64,000 nt of DNA from Octopus vulgaris (lineage: Eukaryota): the NCBI GenBank assembly GCA_951406725.2, contig OX597834.1, positions 42,284,001 through 42,348,000 of the forward strand. Direction: 5' to 3'. The notes below the pieces were generated by a model that saw only the letters and a program-made list of their open reading frames with translations, was not told where the DNA came from and did no database searches. Position 1 is the stretch's first letter; every line of letters begins with the position of its first letter. Below, piece by piece: positions 41,101-55,977 of the stretch. The translations under genes were made by a program, and so were the position numbers.

Positions 41101-41436
41101 GGAGACACCGCCTCTTCGGTCACGACACTGACCATGGGATTGCACCTAGAAAGTTACCCTCCCAGGCAGAAGTCAGGGCAAGGTTATTTCTGGAAGACAA
41201 GAAGTCGCCCATGCATACCGGCCTCCCCTCTCCACGCCACCGATGTCATCCTTGGGAAAGGCGAAGGGGCCAAAATAGCTTGGCACCAGTGATGTCGCAA
41301 CTCATTTCTACAGGTGAGTGAAACGGAGCAGCGTGAAATAAAGTGTCTTGCTCAAGAACACAACACGCAGGCCGGTCCGGGATTCGAACTCACAACCTCA
41401 CGGTCGTAAGTTTGGTTCTCTAACCACTGAGCCATG
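41101..41436 (-). mobile_element. SINE family D (tRNA-derived)
   Basis: Minus strand tggctcagtggttagag...gagttcgaatccc; homologous to 57462-57800. Confidence 0.88.
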
Positions 41437-42174
41437 TATCTTGTTTCAATGCTGAGATACCGCTTTGAAGAGATTACACGTACAAATACATCCCGAATGC
41501 TTATTCTATCCATCTCTTTTGCCTCACTTTTTAATGGGACGTAAACAAACTAGCACCGGTTTTCCATGGATGGCGGAGAAGTCCAAAGGTGGGAAACTCT
41601 TTGCTGTTGTTGAATAATTCCAGGTTAATCTTGATCAAGCAATCATTTCCATGATTTCCTTTATCAACGAATAATATAGCTGTTACTTAATCATCTAATG
41701 TCACCTGCTTGTAAGCTGAGGGAGATTAGGCTGCTGTTTCTAGCAGATTGTGCGACTGCAGCAAATTTCCTTCACTCCGTGTTTTTTTTATTAGCTCGCT
41801 CTAATTTTGCCGATTTCTGTATCACCACCATCACCACCACCACACCACCATCACCACCACCATTACCACCACCACCACCACTGCTACCTCGACCATCTCA
41901 GCCACTCGAACCTCAGCTCTCCCTTCTCTCCCCCCTCCGCCCTCATACCATCATCAACCTCCGACTTCGTTCCTTAACCACGTCCCCCTTCATCGCTGCC
42001 ATCGACCTTTACTCCCCCTCCCCCACCAGTTCGCTTTTATTCCGTCACTTTTCACATCTCTTACCGCCACCCCTGACCTCTGCAGGTCATGACCTTAAAC
42101 CCTGCCCTGCCAATCCTTATTATTCTTTTCAACGTACAGTTGTTCTATTAGAACACGCTAATGGTGCTTCCGAA

Positions 42175-42909
42175 CGATGGTGACGACGGTGGCGGTGGGG
42201 GGATGGTGGTGGGTAATGGTGGTGGTGAAGGCGGAGATTAAGGCGGTGGTTGTTGCAGTGGTTATTGTGATGGTGGCGGTGGTGGATTTCCATGAGGGGA
42301 TTAGGGTTAGGATCGAACTAACGGTGGTAGTAGGGGTCTGTGTTGGGTTTGCAGTTGTGATGGTAGTGGTGGTGATGATGATGATACTGCTGAAAATGGA
42401 GTTGATGGTGGTGGTGCTGCTGGTGGTATTTTTGATGGCGACGGTGGTGATGGTAGTGGTGGTCATAGTGGTAGTGGTGGTGGTGATGGTTTTAGTGGTG
42501 ATGAGGGTGAGAGTGGTGATGGTGATGGTGATGGTGGTGGTGGTGGTGATAGTGGTAGTGGTGGTGATGATCGTTGTTTGTGGTGATGAGGGCGATGGTG
42601 GAGGGGGTTGTGATGGTGATAGTGGTGATGATGGTAGTGGTAGTGGTGGTGGTAATCGTTGTAGTGGCGATGAGGGTGATGGTGATGGTGGTTGGTGGTA
42701 GTGGTGAGAGTGGTAGTGGTGGTGATGATAGTGGCGGTGACAGTATTGGTGGTGGTTTTAATAGTAGTAGTAGTAGTGGTGGTGATGGTGGCGCTCATGG
42801 TTGCTGATGTGAGGTTGTGGTGGTTGTAGTGTTAGCAGTGGTAGTAGCTGTGATGGTAGTGATGGTGGATTTTTCTTTTGTTTTTGTGGAAGGTGGGTTT
42901 CGTAGTAGA

Positions 42910-42965
<56 letters not shown>

Positions 42966-43160
42966 CGGTAGCAAGAACAGTGATGCTCATTTCGGGCGGG
43001 TGGGGGTCGAAGTTTTGCTAGTAAGAATAGCATTGGCGGCTGTTGTGGTGGTAGTTTTAAAGAGGGTGGTGGTTATGATAGCAGGGATGACACTAGAAGG
43101 TGTATGGGTGATAGTAGGTGTGATTAAAGTAGCGGTGGTGGTAGTAGTGGAAGTGGTGGC
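42175..43160. repeat. Degenerate (GGT/GAT/AGT)n low-complexity tract
   Basis: Direct observation; source of the poly-V/G/T ORFs. Confidence 0.9.
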
Positions 43161-43623
43161 TGAAACGATTCAACTTATCACTTTCAATTAAAGAACGAAA
43201 TTTAATCGATTCCTTCTCACCCTCAAAACCTTACCGCATTCGACCCTCCCTCTATTCCCCTCCTCTTTCTCCTCCCCCTTCAACATTCGACCTTCCTTCC
43301 TTTCCTTCCTTCCTTTCTTCCTTCCTTCTTTCCTTCCTTCCTTCCTCTCCTCCTCTACAAAGTGACTTGTTTTTAACCATTTAGACTTGCTTTCTTGATC
43401 GAAGGTGTCTTTATTGATGCGGTTGTTGTTGTTGTTGTTGTTGTTGTTGTAATTGCTATTGATGTTATTGTTGTTGTTGTTGTTGTTGCTGTTGATAATG
43501 ATGACGGCGCCGGCGATGATTATAACGATTAAGATAATTCTCCTTCTCTTCGTTTTCTCTGCTCTTCAAAATTGTTGGCCTAACTGGGAAACAATCATCA
43601 TCATCATCATCATCATCATCAAC

Positions 43624-44365
<742 letters not shown>

Positions 44366-45309
44366 GTTGTTATTATTAACAGAGTTTACTGTAGCAGAAT
44401 GAATTACTGATGTTCCAATGCAGTTTTCTCTGAGCAGGCATAACCCTTTTATTTCTTAAAATTAGTGAGTCGTATATATGTATATTTTAATGTTGGCAAA
44501 GCAACTATAGCTGATCTTGATTGTGTTACGATTGAATAATTACGGAAATACTTAAGGGAAGTGTGTTCCACTAAGAGCCAAACATTTTTGCTGTAGGAAT
44601 ACAATTATTTAATTTGTCGAGTCTGATTGTTTGCTAGCATTTATGTTAATCTCTATATCACAAGAGATATTGCCCTGTCATTTACAGTGCAATATTCCTT
44701 TGCAAATATTACTGAAATTGTAAATAAAAATTGGGAGATAGAAAGATATGTTTGGAAATAGAATTATAAAGCTCTACAACATCGAATTGAAGAAATCTAC
44801 AATTACTTTTGTTGTTATTACTATTAAAGCTAGTGACAGCGATGTTACTTTTCACTGTCCGTGTTTTGTAGCTATAAATAATAACAATTTTGCTCTGTAA
44901 GGTTAATTAGTAAACACGTAATAATTATTTTATGTCAAAATTAACTTAAATGGATTAATTGTTACCAAGAAAAGCAAGGGAGACGGCATGAAATCCAAAT
45001 TTATTACAGACTCAGGACATGCAGCGGTGAGTGAATTACATGGGTTATTAACAACTCAGAATATAGTTTATAAGTTTACCAGATGCATCAACCACCTGTC
45101 TGGTGCCTTCCTTGTGACCAGGGGCCGGTTTAACAACACTCTTTAGTGCCCTCTGTGTTTATGAGTTTAGGTATATCTGGGTTGGTAATAAGAAGTTCTA
45201 ATTTTTTTTGCTATGTATTTTTAGGAGTATTATTATTATTGGTTTTAGTAAGAGTTGTTAAAATGTGTTATTATTGTGAGGGTCCATTACGGGTATTCAG
45301 ATATAAATA

Positions 45310-45482
45310 CGCTTGACAACCGATGCTGGTGTGTTTACGTCCCCGTAACTTAGTGATTCGACCAAAAAGACCGATAGAATAAGTACCAGGCTTACAAAGA
45401 ATAAGTCCTGGGGTCGATTTGCTCGTCTAAAGGCGGTGCTCCAGCATGGCCACAGTCACATGATTGAAACAAGTAAAAGAGC
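45310..45482 (+). mobile_element. SINE family A tail module
   Basis: Near-consensus tail. Confidence 0.88.
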
Positions 45483-45894
45483 ATATATGTTTGTAAAAGA
45501 GCATATATATATATATGTGTGTATATGAGTATTTATCACCTAAGTATATGCAACCATATATAAGTCTCTCTCTATATATATGTGTGTGTCTGCGTGCAAC
45601 TTGGTATAGCACTTAATATTTCCCTACATTTTCACTATAATGGTATTTTCAAAATTAGATTGCGAACGTTGCTTAGCAGTAAATTGATAGTCCGGTCGCT
45701 GATTATGTCGAACCGACAGAGTAGATGCCGTGCTGGTCTTTCTTCTTCTAATGGTCTGCGTTTAAGATGAGCCAAGTTACTGTAATTATGTTGATGAATG
45801 GAAAATAACGTGTCAATCAATGATTGTAAAGGGTTAAGAGTGATAATGAAATATGACCTGTCTTTGCTTTACAGGCAACGAAACACCATTTTCA

Positions 45895-46262
45895 ATTCTT
45901 CCTCTTCTTCTCTTTCTTCTTCTTCTTCTTCTTCTTCTTCTTCTTCTTCGGCTTCTTCTTCTTCATTCTTCTTCTTCTTCTTCTTCTTCTTCTTCTTCTT
46001 CTTCTTCTTCTTTTTCTTCATCATCTTCTTCTTCTTCTTCTTCATCATCTTCTTCTTCATCATCTTCTTCTTCTTCATTCTTCTTCTTCTTCTTCTTCTT
46101 CTTCTTCTTCTTCTTTTTCTTCTTCTTTTTCTTCTTCTTCTTCATCATCTTCTTCATTCTTCATCATCTTCTTCATCTTCTTCTTCTTCTTCTTCATTCT
46201 TCTTCTTCTTCTTCTTCTTCTTCTTCTTCTTCTTCTTCTTCTTCTTCTTCTTCTCCTCCTCT
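45895..46262. repeat. (TTC)n homopyrimidine tract
   Basis: Direct observation. Confidence 0.97.
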
Positions 46263-46659
46263 TCCCAACACCACCGCTACCTCTCATCGCGGCCGCCGCC
46301 GTCGCCGTCGTCGCCATCCCGCCATCCCGCCATTTCTACCCGCTGCCAGCAGCATCTTTCTCACCACCACCACCACCACACCCACTTCGCTTCTTTCACT
46401 GCTACTGCTACCACTATAATACAATCAGTATCATAAGAACATCAACACCAATTGTAACAACAACAGCAACAACACAATCAATCACAATCAATACATCTAA
46501 CAAGCTTAACACCAAGACCTTTCGTTGAGAACCTCGACGTAGTCGGTTGATTTGCTAGAAGTAGTGGTCAATTCTCACTCAAATCACGTTCTACCGCCTT
46601 AAATAGGAAAAAAATTATACATTGGACAATGTAGTCACTGGTTAATTAATAATCGTTTC

Positions 46660-47050
46660 TATAATAGGTACAACGCCTGAAATTTTTTGGAGGGGATCAA
46701 TCGATTACATCGACCCTCAGTATTTTGCTGGTACTTATTTTATCGACCCCGAAAGTATGAAAGGCAAAGACGACCTCAGCGGAATTTGAACTCAGAACGT
46801 AACGGCAGACGAAATACCTATTTCTTTACTACCCACAAGGGGCTAAACACAGAGAGGATAAACAAGGACAGACAAACGGATTAAGTCGATTATATCGACA
46901 CCAGTGCGTAACTGGTACATATTTAATCGATCCCGAAAAGAGGAAAGGCAAAGTCGGCCTCGGCGGAATTTGAACTCAGAACGTAAAGACAGATGAAATA
47001 CCGTAAAGCGTTTCGCCCGGCGTGCTAACGATTCTGCCAGCTCACCACCT
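46660..47050 (-). mobile_element. SINE family B dimer
   Basis: Junction gacgaaatacc|tatttctttactacc at 46818/46819. Confidence 0.88.
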
Positions 47051-47197
47051 CTTATACGAGTATATATGCATTTTAAATATAAGTGAAGAAAAAAATGTAA
47101 ATATGACTCAAGGGCTGATAGTTTCGTTTAAGGCAATTATCATGGATGAGATTCGATCCCTGAATAGCTTTTGCAGACGATCAAAAATTTGAAAGTA

Positions 47198-47237
<40 letters not shown>

Positions 47238-48309
47238 CGGAGAGAGAAAGAGAGAGAGAGAGAGAGAGTGAGAGAGAGAGGGGGGAGAGCGACAGATAAA
47301 TGGTAAGAGAATCAAAATTGAACATCATATAAAGACTTCGGTTCATTGGACAACACTAACAGATTGGAACAAAAATTGCAGAATTCGTTACACATAACAA
47401 GCGGGCTAAAGAGACGAAGCCAAACTGATTCTGAATAACCTTCCAATATGATTTCCTCCAAACGAATTATTCCATTTTGAGTTTCTCACGGAATGGTAAA
47501 AAAAACAACAAAAAACGCAAGAAAACAAAATAAAAAACAAAAAAAACAACCAACAAACAAAAGAAATTCTTAATTAGAAAATTCCATATCGAAGAGATGG
47601 GTGAGATGAATTGATTGGTAAACAATGCTTTTGAACCTCAATATTTGAAACTAATCAAATACGCCACCAAGCGGTAGATAGATGGTGGTGGTGGTCGTGG
47701 TCGTGGGAGGGGGGTGATGGTGGTGTGGTGGTCGCGGTGGTATGAAAAGAAATGGGTGATGAGCGTTGTTTCAGGAAGAAGCTATTACCCCCGAGAAATT
47801 TTCCGCTATGGGGTAACCACCATAGCTGGAATATTTGGTGCGTCTGTAGGTTTATGTATGTAATTGCGCATGCGTCCTCATTGCTGTCTGAGTGCATACG
47901 TACTTATGTATGTATGTATGTATGTATATATGTATGTATGCATGCGTGTGTGTATGTATGCATGCATGTATATAAGTAAGTAACCATGTATGTCTACATA
48001 ATTTTATATGCATGTACATACGTCTCTGTCTGTCTGTCTCTGTCTGTCTGTGTGTCTCTCTCTCTCTATACATATTCATATAGGGAGAGAGCTGTATGTA
48101 CTTATGTAGATGTATATAAATGTGTGTATGTAGAGAGATATACATACATATATACATACATACATAATACACACATAATACACGCATACATATATACATA
48201 GACACATGTATACATATACCTAGGTGTATGTACACACACACTCACACACACACACACATATATACATATATACATTATACATAGTACATACATATACATA
48301 AACGATTGT

Positions 48310-48598
48310 TATTATTCATATACCCACAACAGATTAGACTGTTGGAAAAGAAAAGTATCTAACATCAGGCCACAGCAAGTAACCCTAGATGTCAAGAACC
48401 CTCCTAAGCATCCCAGCTGTCTCTAAGAACATTGATTTCTGGTGCTGTACTAAACTGGGTTTTATGCCTATTTCCTCTTCAAATCTTTAGGGGTAGTTCC
48501 CAATGCACCTTTAACTACCGGGATACATTTTACCCGCACTTTCCATAGTCTCTGTAATTCAATATCTAGGTCCTGGTACTTTGCTAATTTTCTATACC
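48310..48598 (-). pseudogene. 3' end of an RLE-type non-LTR retrotransposon (R4/Dong-like)
   Basis: Minus strand KLAKYQDLDIELQRLWKVRVKCIPVVKGALGTTPKDL, then frameshifted QKSMFLETAGMLRRVL, matching the K..KY.DL..E..R.W......P...GALG C-terminus of restriction-like endonuclease LINEs; abuts (TAA)n. Confidence 0.8.
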
Positions 48599-48616
48599 TT
48601 ATTGTTATTGTTATTA

Positions 48617-48708
<92 letters not shown>

Positions 48709-49391
48709 ATTATTAATAGGATGATGATGATGATGATGATGAGAAACAATTGTTATCTTTTTGTTTTTGTGTGAAAATACGACTAATTAGGGACCTACGT
48801 CGAGAGATAGAGAGAGAGAGGGAGAAAGAGAGTGAGAAAAAGAGAGGGACAGAAAGGGAGAGAGAGAAAGAGAGAGAGCTTGATAGACAGACTGACAGCC
48901 AGTCAGCCAGCCAGATAGACAGATAGACAGATAGAGAGAAAGAGAGAGCGAGAGGGAGTGGAGAGACAGGGAGAAAGAGACATAGAGTGAAAGAGAGACA
49001 AATAACCAGTCAGAGTTAGGGAGGGGAAGAGAGGGAGAGAGAGAGGGAGAGAAGAGAAGAAAGAGACAAAGAAGAGAGAGGAGGACAGGGGAGAGGAGGG
49101 GGACAGAGGTGTGGTTGTGGTGATGTTGGCCAATATGTAAGTGTGACAAGGAGTAATTATTAAGTAAGAATCACGGTTTTTTGTTGGCTCTCGTTTAACT
49201 TCATTTCTAACGTGTCGTCTGCTTTTTGCCTATCCGTTTGCCCGTCTCTTTGCCCATCTGCACACATGTACGTGCGTAGGTAGGTACCTACACATGTATG
49301 TATGTATGTCTGCATGTATGTATATGTGTGTGTATGTATGTACGTAGTGTTTATGTATGCATGCACGTACGTCTGTATGTATACATGTATA

Positions 49392-49622
49392 TATTTCTTT
49401 ACTACCCACAAGGAGCCACACACAGGGGGGCCAAACAAGGACAGACAAATGGATTAAGTCGATTATATCGACCCCAGTGCGGAGCTGGTACTTATGTAAT
49501 CGACTCCGTTAGGATGAAAGGCAAAGTTGACCTCGGCGGAATTTGAACTCAGAACGTAACGGCAGACGAAATACGGCTAAGCATTTCGCCCGGCGTGCTA
49601 ACGGTTCTGCCAGCTCGCCGCC
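49392..49622 (-). mobile_element. SINE family B monomer with ~16-bp TSD
   Basis: tatgtatacatgtata (49376-49391) and tatgtatgcatgtata (49623-49638). Confidence 0.92.
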
Positions 49623-49795
49623 TATGTATGCATGTATATGTGTGCATGTATGAATGTACGTACGTACGTATGTATGTATGTCGTTGTTTCTTCTACTTGC
49701 TCATCTGCCAAGAAAGTTGTGTAAATAAAGCAGGAAGTGAGACCGTAATAATAATAATAATAATAATGTTAATAATAATAATAATAATAATAATG

Positions 49796-49855
<60 letters not shown>

Positions 49856-50347
49856 TATAAATATATATATAATAACGGTGGTGGGGGTTATTCGGTGCAA
49901 AAGACTGAAAGACGGGGAGGGGAGTAGAGAAAGGTGGGATAGAGAAAGAAACTGGGTAAATTAATATTGGAGGACGTCTTCAAGAAACGAAGAAGACGAG
50001 ACGAGGAAGAAAAAGAGAAAGAAGAGATAGGAAAAGCATAGGGGAGGAAGGGGGAAGGTAAAAGAAACGAAGCTGCGGAAGGCAAAGAATAGGAAGACGA
50101 CGGAAGGAGGAGGAGGAGGAGGGGGAAGAGTTTCAATTGATTACGTCTTTTATTTGTTTGTTTTAGTTTTTCTCCTTATCTTTTGTTTTTGTTGTTGTTT
50201 TATTGCTTCTTTCTCTGCAGACATTCTTCGTACGAATCGGTTCAGTTGTGACTTTCTTTTTCTTCTTCCGTGGTCAACCACAATTCCCTTCCATGTCTGT
50301 CTGCCATTCTGTCTGTCTGCCTGTCTGTCTGTCTGCTGCTGCTGCTG

Positions 50348-50392
<45 letters not shown>

Positions 50393-50422
50393 GTAGTAGT
50401 AGTAGTACGACAGAATATGGAA

Positions 50423-50630
50423 CTCTTTTACTTGTTTCAGTCATTTGACTGCGGCCATGCTGGAGCACCACCTTAAGTCGAATAAATCGACCCCAGGACT
50501 TATTCTTTGTAAGCCTAGTACTTATTCTATCGGTCTCTCTTTTGCCGAACCGCGAAGTTACGGGGGCGTAAACACACCAGCATTGGTTGTCAAATGATGG
50601 GGGAGGGGGACAAACACAAACACAAACAAC
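50423..50630 (-). mobile_element. SINE family A tail module
   Basis: Near-consensus tail, reverse orientation. Confidence 0.88.
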
Positions 50631-51299
50631 AAACTCATACATACATGCATATATATATATTTATATATATTTATATATATATATATTTCAAATTTAGGCA
50701 CAAGGCCAGGAACTTTGGAGGAAGGGCTAAGTCAATTACATCAACCCCAGTGTTCAACGGGTACTTATTTTATCGACCCCAAAGAGATGAAATGTAAAGT
50801 TAACTTAGGTAGAATTTGAAATCAGGACGCGAGGACGAGCGAAATGTCACTAAACATTGAACCCAACGCACACATGATTCTGTCTGTTACAAATAATAAT
50901 TATTTTAAATTAGTCAAAATATCACAGCCTATCAGTAGAAATTTGCGAAGAATTACTCAGGGTACGTCGGCTGTTATGCGAGGAGATCTCATCATATTTA
51001 TTATATCTCTTTTCTCAATATACATAACACACACTCGATAAAATATCTTACATTATTTAATGGCTGTAATTCCTTTAAGAAAGATTCTAAAAACGAATTT
51101 AATAAATGGAAAATTCTCGTAGAAAGACGAAAGAATGTTAAACTTTAATCCAACTCTCAGCTGTTTATATTGAGTCAATGACAAAAAAAATCTCTCTATA
51201 TATAGCTGAAGTTGTCTGTGTATGGCAGGTTTGGTAGCCTTCAACTAACACTATCTCCACCGAGATCCTGTGGCACAAGTTGACCAAAATTGATAATAT

Positions 51300-51585
51300 G
51301 ATAGAAGGCTTGCTCTTCCTTCCGGAGAAGAAAAAAATTCAAATCGGACCATGTTAACACCAAAACTTATTTACATCAAAAAGGTACTTTTTTTCTATGA
51401 AAATCCCTATTTTTTACAATTGTTTTGACTGCTGTATCGCCATTTTTCGGTGTATTTCAACCAGAAAAATGTTCACTTAAAGAGAATAACAAGCTACATA
51501 ATGCAAAATTTTTACTTTTCAAAAATTCCAATTCTAAAGGGTCGAAAAGAAAACAAACCCGAGCAACGCCGGTCAATACTGCTAG
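51300..51585 (+). mobile_element. Helitron-like 3' end
   Basis: Subterminal GC hairpin ccgagcaacgccgg (51559-51572) ~10 nt before CTAG|T (51582-51586); left boundary uncertain. Confidence 0.6.
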
Positions 51586-51829
51586 TATACTTGTAAAATG
51601 GTGGTACGCCTTATGCGAGACTGCGTCTTATACACAAAACAAATACGAACACAAGGTCATTAAGAATGGCAGAATATCAGAATATAGATGAATGACGATC
51701 GGATTTCACGAGTTATCGTCTCTGTTTTTCTTTTCTTTATTTATTTGTCCCTGCATATCTTCCCTGATGAATATAATTCCACTCAGAAATTAAGTCAGTA
51801 AATAACAGAAATTGTAAACAGAAAATTAG

Positions 51830-51905
<76 letters not shown>

Positions 51906-52155
51906 AAAGTAAAAAAATACAACTGGGACAAGAACGTGAAACATTTAGAAGACGGCACAAAATACACGGACGGGACATTCGTAGCATTCAATCTTCAGTC
52001 AAGAACCGGATCATCTTCGCAATTTCGATACATATATATTATTTCAATATATCGGAATGTGGATTCGGTTAGCAGAAACTGATCGAAATATACTTCATTT
52101 TTCTTTTTCTTTAAAGGCTAAATTTCAAGATCTATACTTCGCTGTTTTGCTTTTG

Positions 52156-52226
<71 letters not shown>

Positions 52227-52274
52227 AAATCTCAGAGCGAGTTATAAACAGTAGCGGTAACACATCGTGATGCA

Positions 52275-52412
52275 TATTTGCCATTTGAATATGGCTAACC
52301 CATAAGGGTGGATGCTACTGTAGTTTGTAGCCCCAGGAAGATATCTCCTCCAGCTGGCTATAGACACACTATCTGTGTCCTCTCAGTATTTGTGAAGGGG
52401 AGTCATCCTCCC
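52275..52412 (-). mobile_element. Second copy of the 24045-24195 segment
   Basis: tggctaaccc.taagg.tggatgcta.tgtag.ttgtagccccagga shared. Confidence 0.8.
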
Positions 52413-53260
52413 CGTCTTCTTCTTCTTCTTCTTCTTCTTCTTCTTCTTCTTCTTCTTCTTCTTCTTCTTCTTCTTCTTTTTCTTCTTCTTATTCTTCTTC
52501 TTCTTCTTCTTCTTCTTCTTCTTCTTCTTCTTCTTCTTCTTCTCTGTCTTATATGATAATTATATATATATATATATATAATTATCATATGGTCTAAAGG
52601 TTCATCTACATATATATATATATGTGTGTGTGTGTGTATATATATGCGTACATGAACCTTTAGGTGATGTGATAATTCCATAGAAAAACATAGAGCTTGT
52701 CTATGTTACGATATGAACTGAACTCTATATCAATCAGTTTCATCAGAATTACTGCAATATTGCTGATGGGATTGAAAAGCAGTGAGCCGAAAAAAAACAA
52801 AAAAGAAAACGAAGAAAGAAGACAAAGAAGATAAAAAAAAAAATAAACATACAGAAGAGTCGGGGATGTTCTCTTTTCAAGCGTTAGAGTATCTAAATTT
52901 GTTATTAGTCACCCGTACCCTTTGCCCATCTCAAGTTCTTTAGATAACGCTGCAATTAAACTCTTTCAATATTACCGCTAGTACAAACACATCTCACAAC
53001 GCTATTATGTGCTGTTACCACATCTACTCTACTCCAGCCTAGCGGAAAAACATCGGACAAAAACAGGAACTCTCTCTCTTTACTTACTTTACTCGTTAGT
53101 TCTATTTTGTGTGTTTTGATGTAAATATGATCAAGCAATAGAGATGAAAGCGAGGAGCACTTTAAATATCATCGGATAATCTATTGTCGATTTAAACACC
53201 ATTTAGCCTAGCTTTGTTTTCAATAGTTTGTGTTTGTGTTTTTTGACACACGCACTCACA

Positions 53261-53307
<47 letters not shown>

Positions 53308-53441
53308 TATATATACACATATATATATATGTATTTAAGTTGTTTTACATTATTTTTACTTTTTACACTTACAGGTGTAATAATAGTATTTACCGTCTCT
53401 GTAGCTTTTCTATTACATTGTTTATACATACATACGTACAC

Positions 53442-53498
<57 letters not shown>

Positions 53499-53572
53499 AG
53501 CAGATATATACGTATATGTATAATGTGTTATAATATATGTATATATATATATATGTGTGTGTGTGTGTATAG

Positions 53573-53605
<33 letters not shown>

Positions 53606-53663
53606 CACACGTATAAAAACACAAATATACCTATGTAAATACCTATGTCTATATATGAATATA

Positions 53664-53759
<96 letters not shown>

Positions 53760-53768
53760 CATATATAT

Positions 53769-53840
<72 letters not shown>

Positions 53841-54607
53841 TTATGTTCCTTTTTTTTTTCTCTTTACAGTTTATTTTTATAGTAGAGCGCCATTAGTTTC
53901 AGCAACATTTCAATCACCTGAGTTATATCAAAGTTCTCTCGTTAATAAATCTCATAACTAACTTCCCATTTATTCAAAGGTTAAAAAAAACCCCCACTCA
54001 AAATACATAAATAAAAAAAACCCTCAACTCTTTGTTTGTAACATTTAACAGCGACAGTAAACTCTTAAAGACACATAAACAGGCGAGGGTGGTGGCATTG
54101 GTGGTGCTTGGTGGTTGACGGTTAATGTGTCTGCGGTTGCTTTTGTTTTGCTCTCTGGGTAGGGTGTTGTACCGTGGAATTACAACGCAAGTGGCATTGT
54201 AGGATTGGGTAAGGAGCAAGATCCGTCTATTGTCCACGCTGTAGGGCTTCACATATATTATGCCGTAGGATGACCATCTGAGATTAACTGAGATTATCTA
54301 TGTAGATAGTGGATTAAAATCTCTATGTGAGAGTGTTTTGTTTTGAAAACGCAACAAGCAAGGAAGATAATTTTGATGAAGGCAGGTGTAATCGTTAGGT
54401 TTTGTTTCAGTTATTAGACTGCGGCCACCTTGGGGCACCGCTTGAAGGGTCTAGTCGAACAAATCGCCCCTAGTACTTATTTCTTAAGCTTGATAATTAG
54501 CCTGTCGTCTCTTTTGCTGAACTGTTAAATTAGGGGACGAAATCAAACCAGCACCAGTCCACAAGTGGTGTTACGGGACAAACCTAAAGACAAGCTCGCA
54601 CGTGAGT

Positions 54608-54660
<53 letters not shown>

Positions 54661-54707
54661 CATACATACATACATACATACATACATAACATACATACAT
54701 ACATACA

Positions 54708-54754
<47 letters not shown>

Positions 54755-54955
54755 TAATAGTAGAAGGGTAAAATTTAATAATTAAATTAATTAATTAATC
54801 AATCAATTAATTAACAATTTCACCAAGTAGATCGGTACGTTAAAATAACGTTTATAGGTAAAATTATCCACATAGTTATAATTAGGGTTCAGCTAACTGA
54901 AGCAGTTAGCTGCACCATAATTATAATTACATATATAAGTGTGTGTGTGTGTGTA

Positions 54956-55044
<89 letters not shown>

Positions 55045-55977
55045 TATATATAGCAACAGAGGAAATGTTGCGACATTGATTAAATTCGTCAATACTATTT
55101 AGAAAATAAAATAGAATTACGGAGATGTACTCGCATAGCAAGTGGCCTGATCTGAGATCGTGTGCTGGAACGAAAATAATTGCAGCGTGGAAGGTGTTTG
55201 TAAGCCATTTAAGAAACACACAAAAACCGTTCGATTCACTTCAACATTTAAATTTAATTTGTGAAAATATTTTCCTCGCTTTGAGACCGCGACCTGTTCA
55301 TTGACAAAATTCCATTCTGTATCTAAATATCTAAATAGATTTAGATAAAGTAAATATTGTCTTCATAGCTACCTTTTTGACTTAGAGAACGGTAAGCAAT
55401 ATACATAACATCGTTGAATGGTCTCCGTGACCAGCAGTGGGGTAAAGCTGAATAGACCATAGAACACACGACCTAGGGGTTACAAGAACAACAATAATGA
55501 TTTTTAAAAAAACCCTACAAGAAAAAGGGAACATAAAGATGTCGAGTTGCATTCAGGCCAGAGACCTAGTTCCACCAGTGCTTTGAAACAGAGAATTTAG
55601 TTTATTATTTGAAAGGTACCCAAGAACAAAGTCTTCGGTAGGTGATGATTAACCGGACGAAGGTTAATTTACGACTGAATCCCAATTAATTAAATATTTC
55701 TTTAATGATTCGAAACAAATCTCTTAACTTTGTGGAAGTGTTTAAAGATTTAATAACTTCATTTTGGTTTGCTTGTTTCGCAACTTGAAGGAAAGAATAA
55801 TCCAAGGATTATTAGTTCTGCTCTGAGGAATCTGTAACTTAAAACTTCCAATGTCGGTTAATTTTTTGGGAGCCAAACAAATCTGATATCAGCAATCATG
55901 TTCCTGTTTCAAGTGCCTCATTAAATTCACTTAACACTTTTCGTTGAAGTACAAGAACCTTATATTTTAGGTTCCTC

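Noticed and set aside
41698-43191. Pro/Thr-rich and Val/Gly-rich ORFs resembling mucin or membrane proteins
   Set aside because: Degenerate (CAC)/(GGT) microsatellite; no supported splice structure or domain
51760-51805. CTGATGA...GAAA TTAA GTC hammerhead-like string
   Set aside because: Stems I and II do not pair convincingly in this copy
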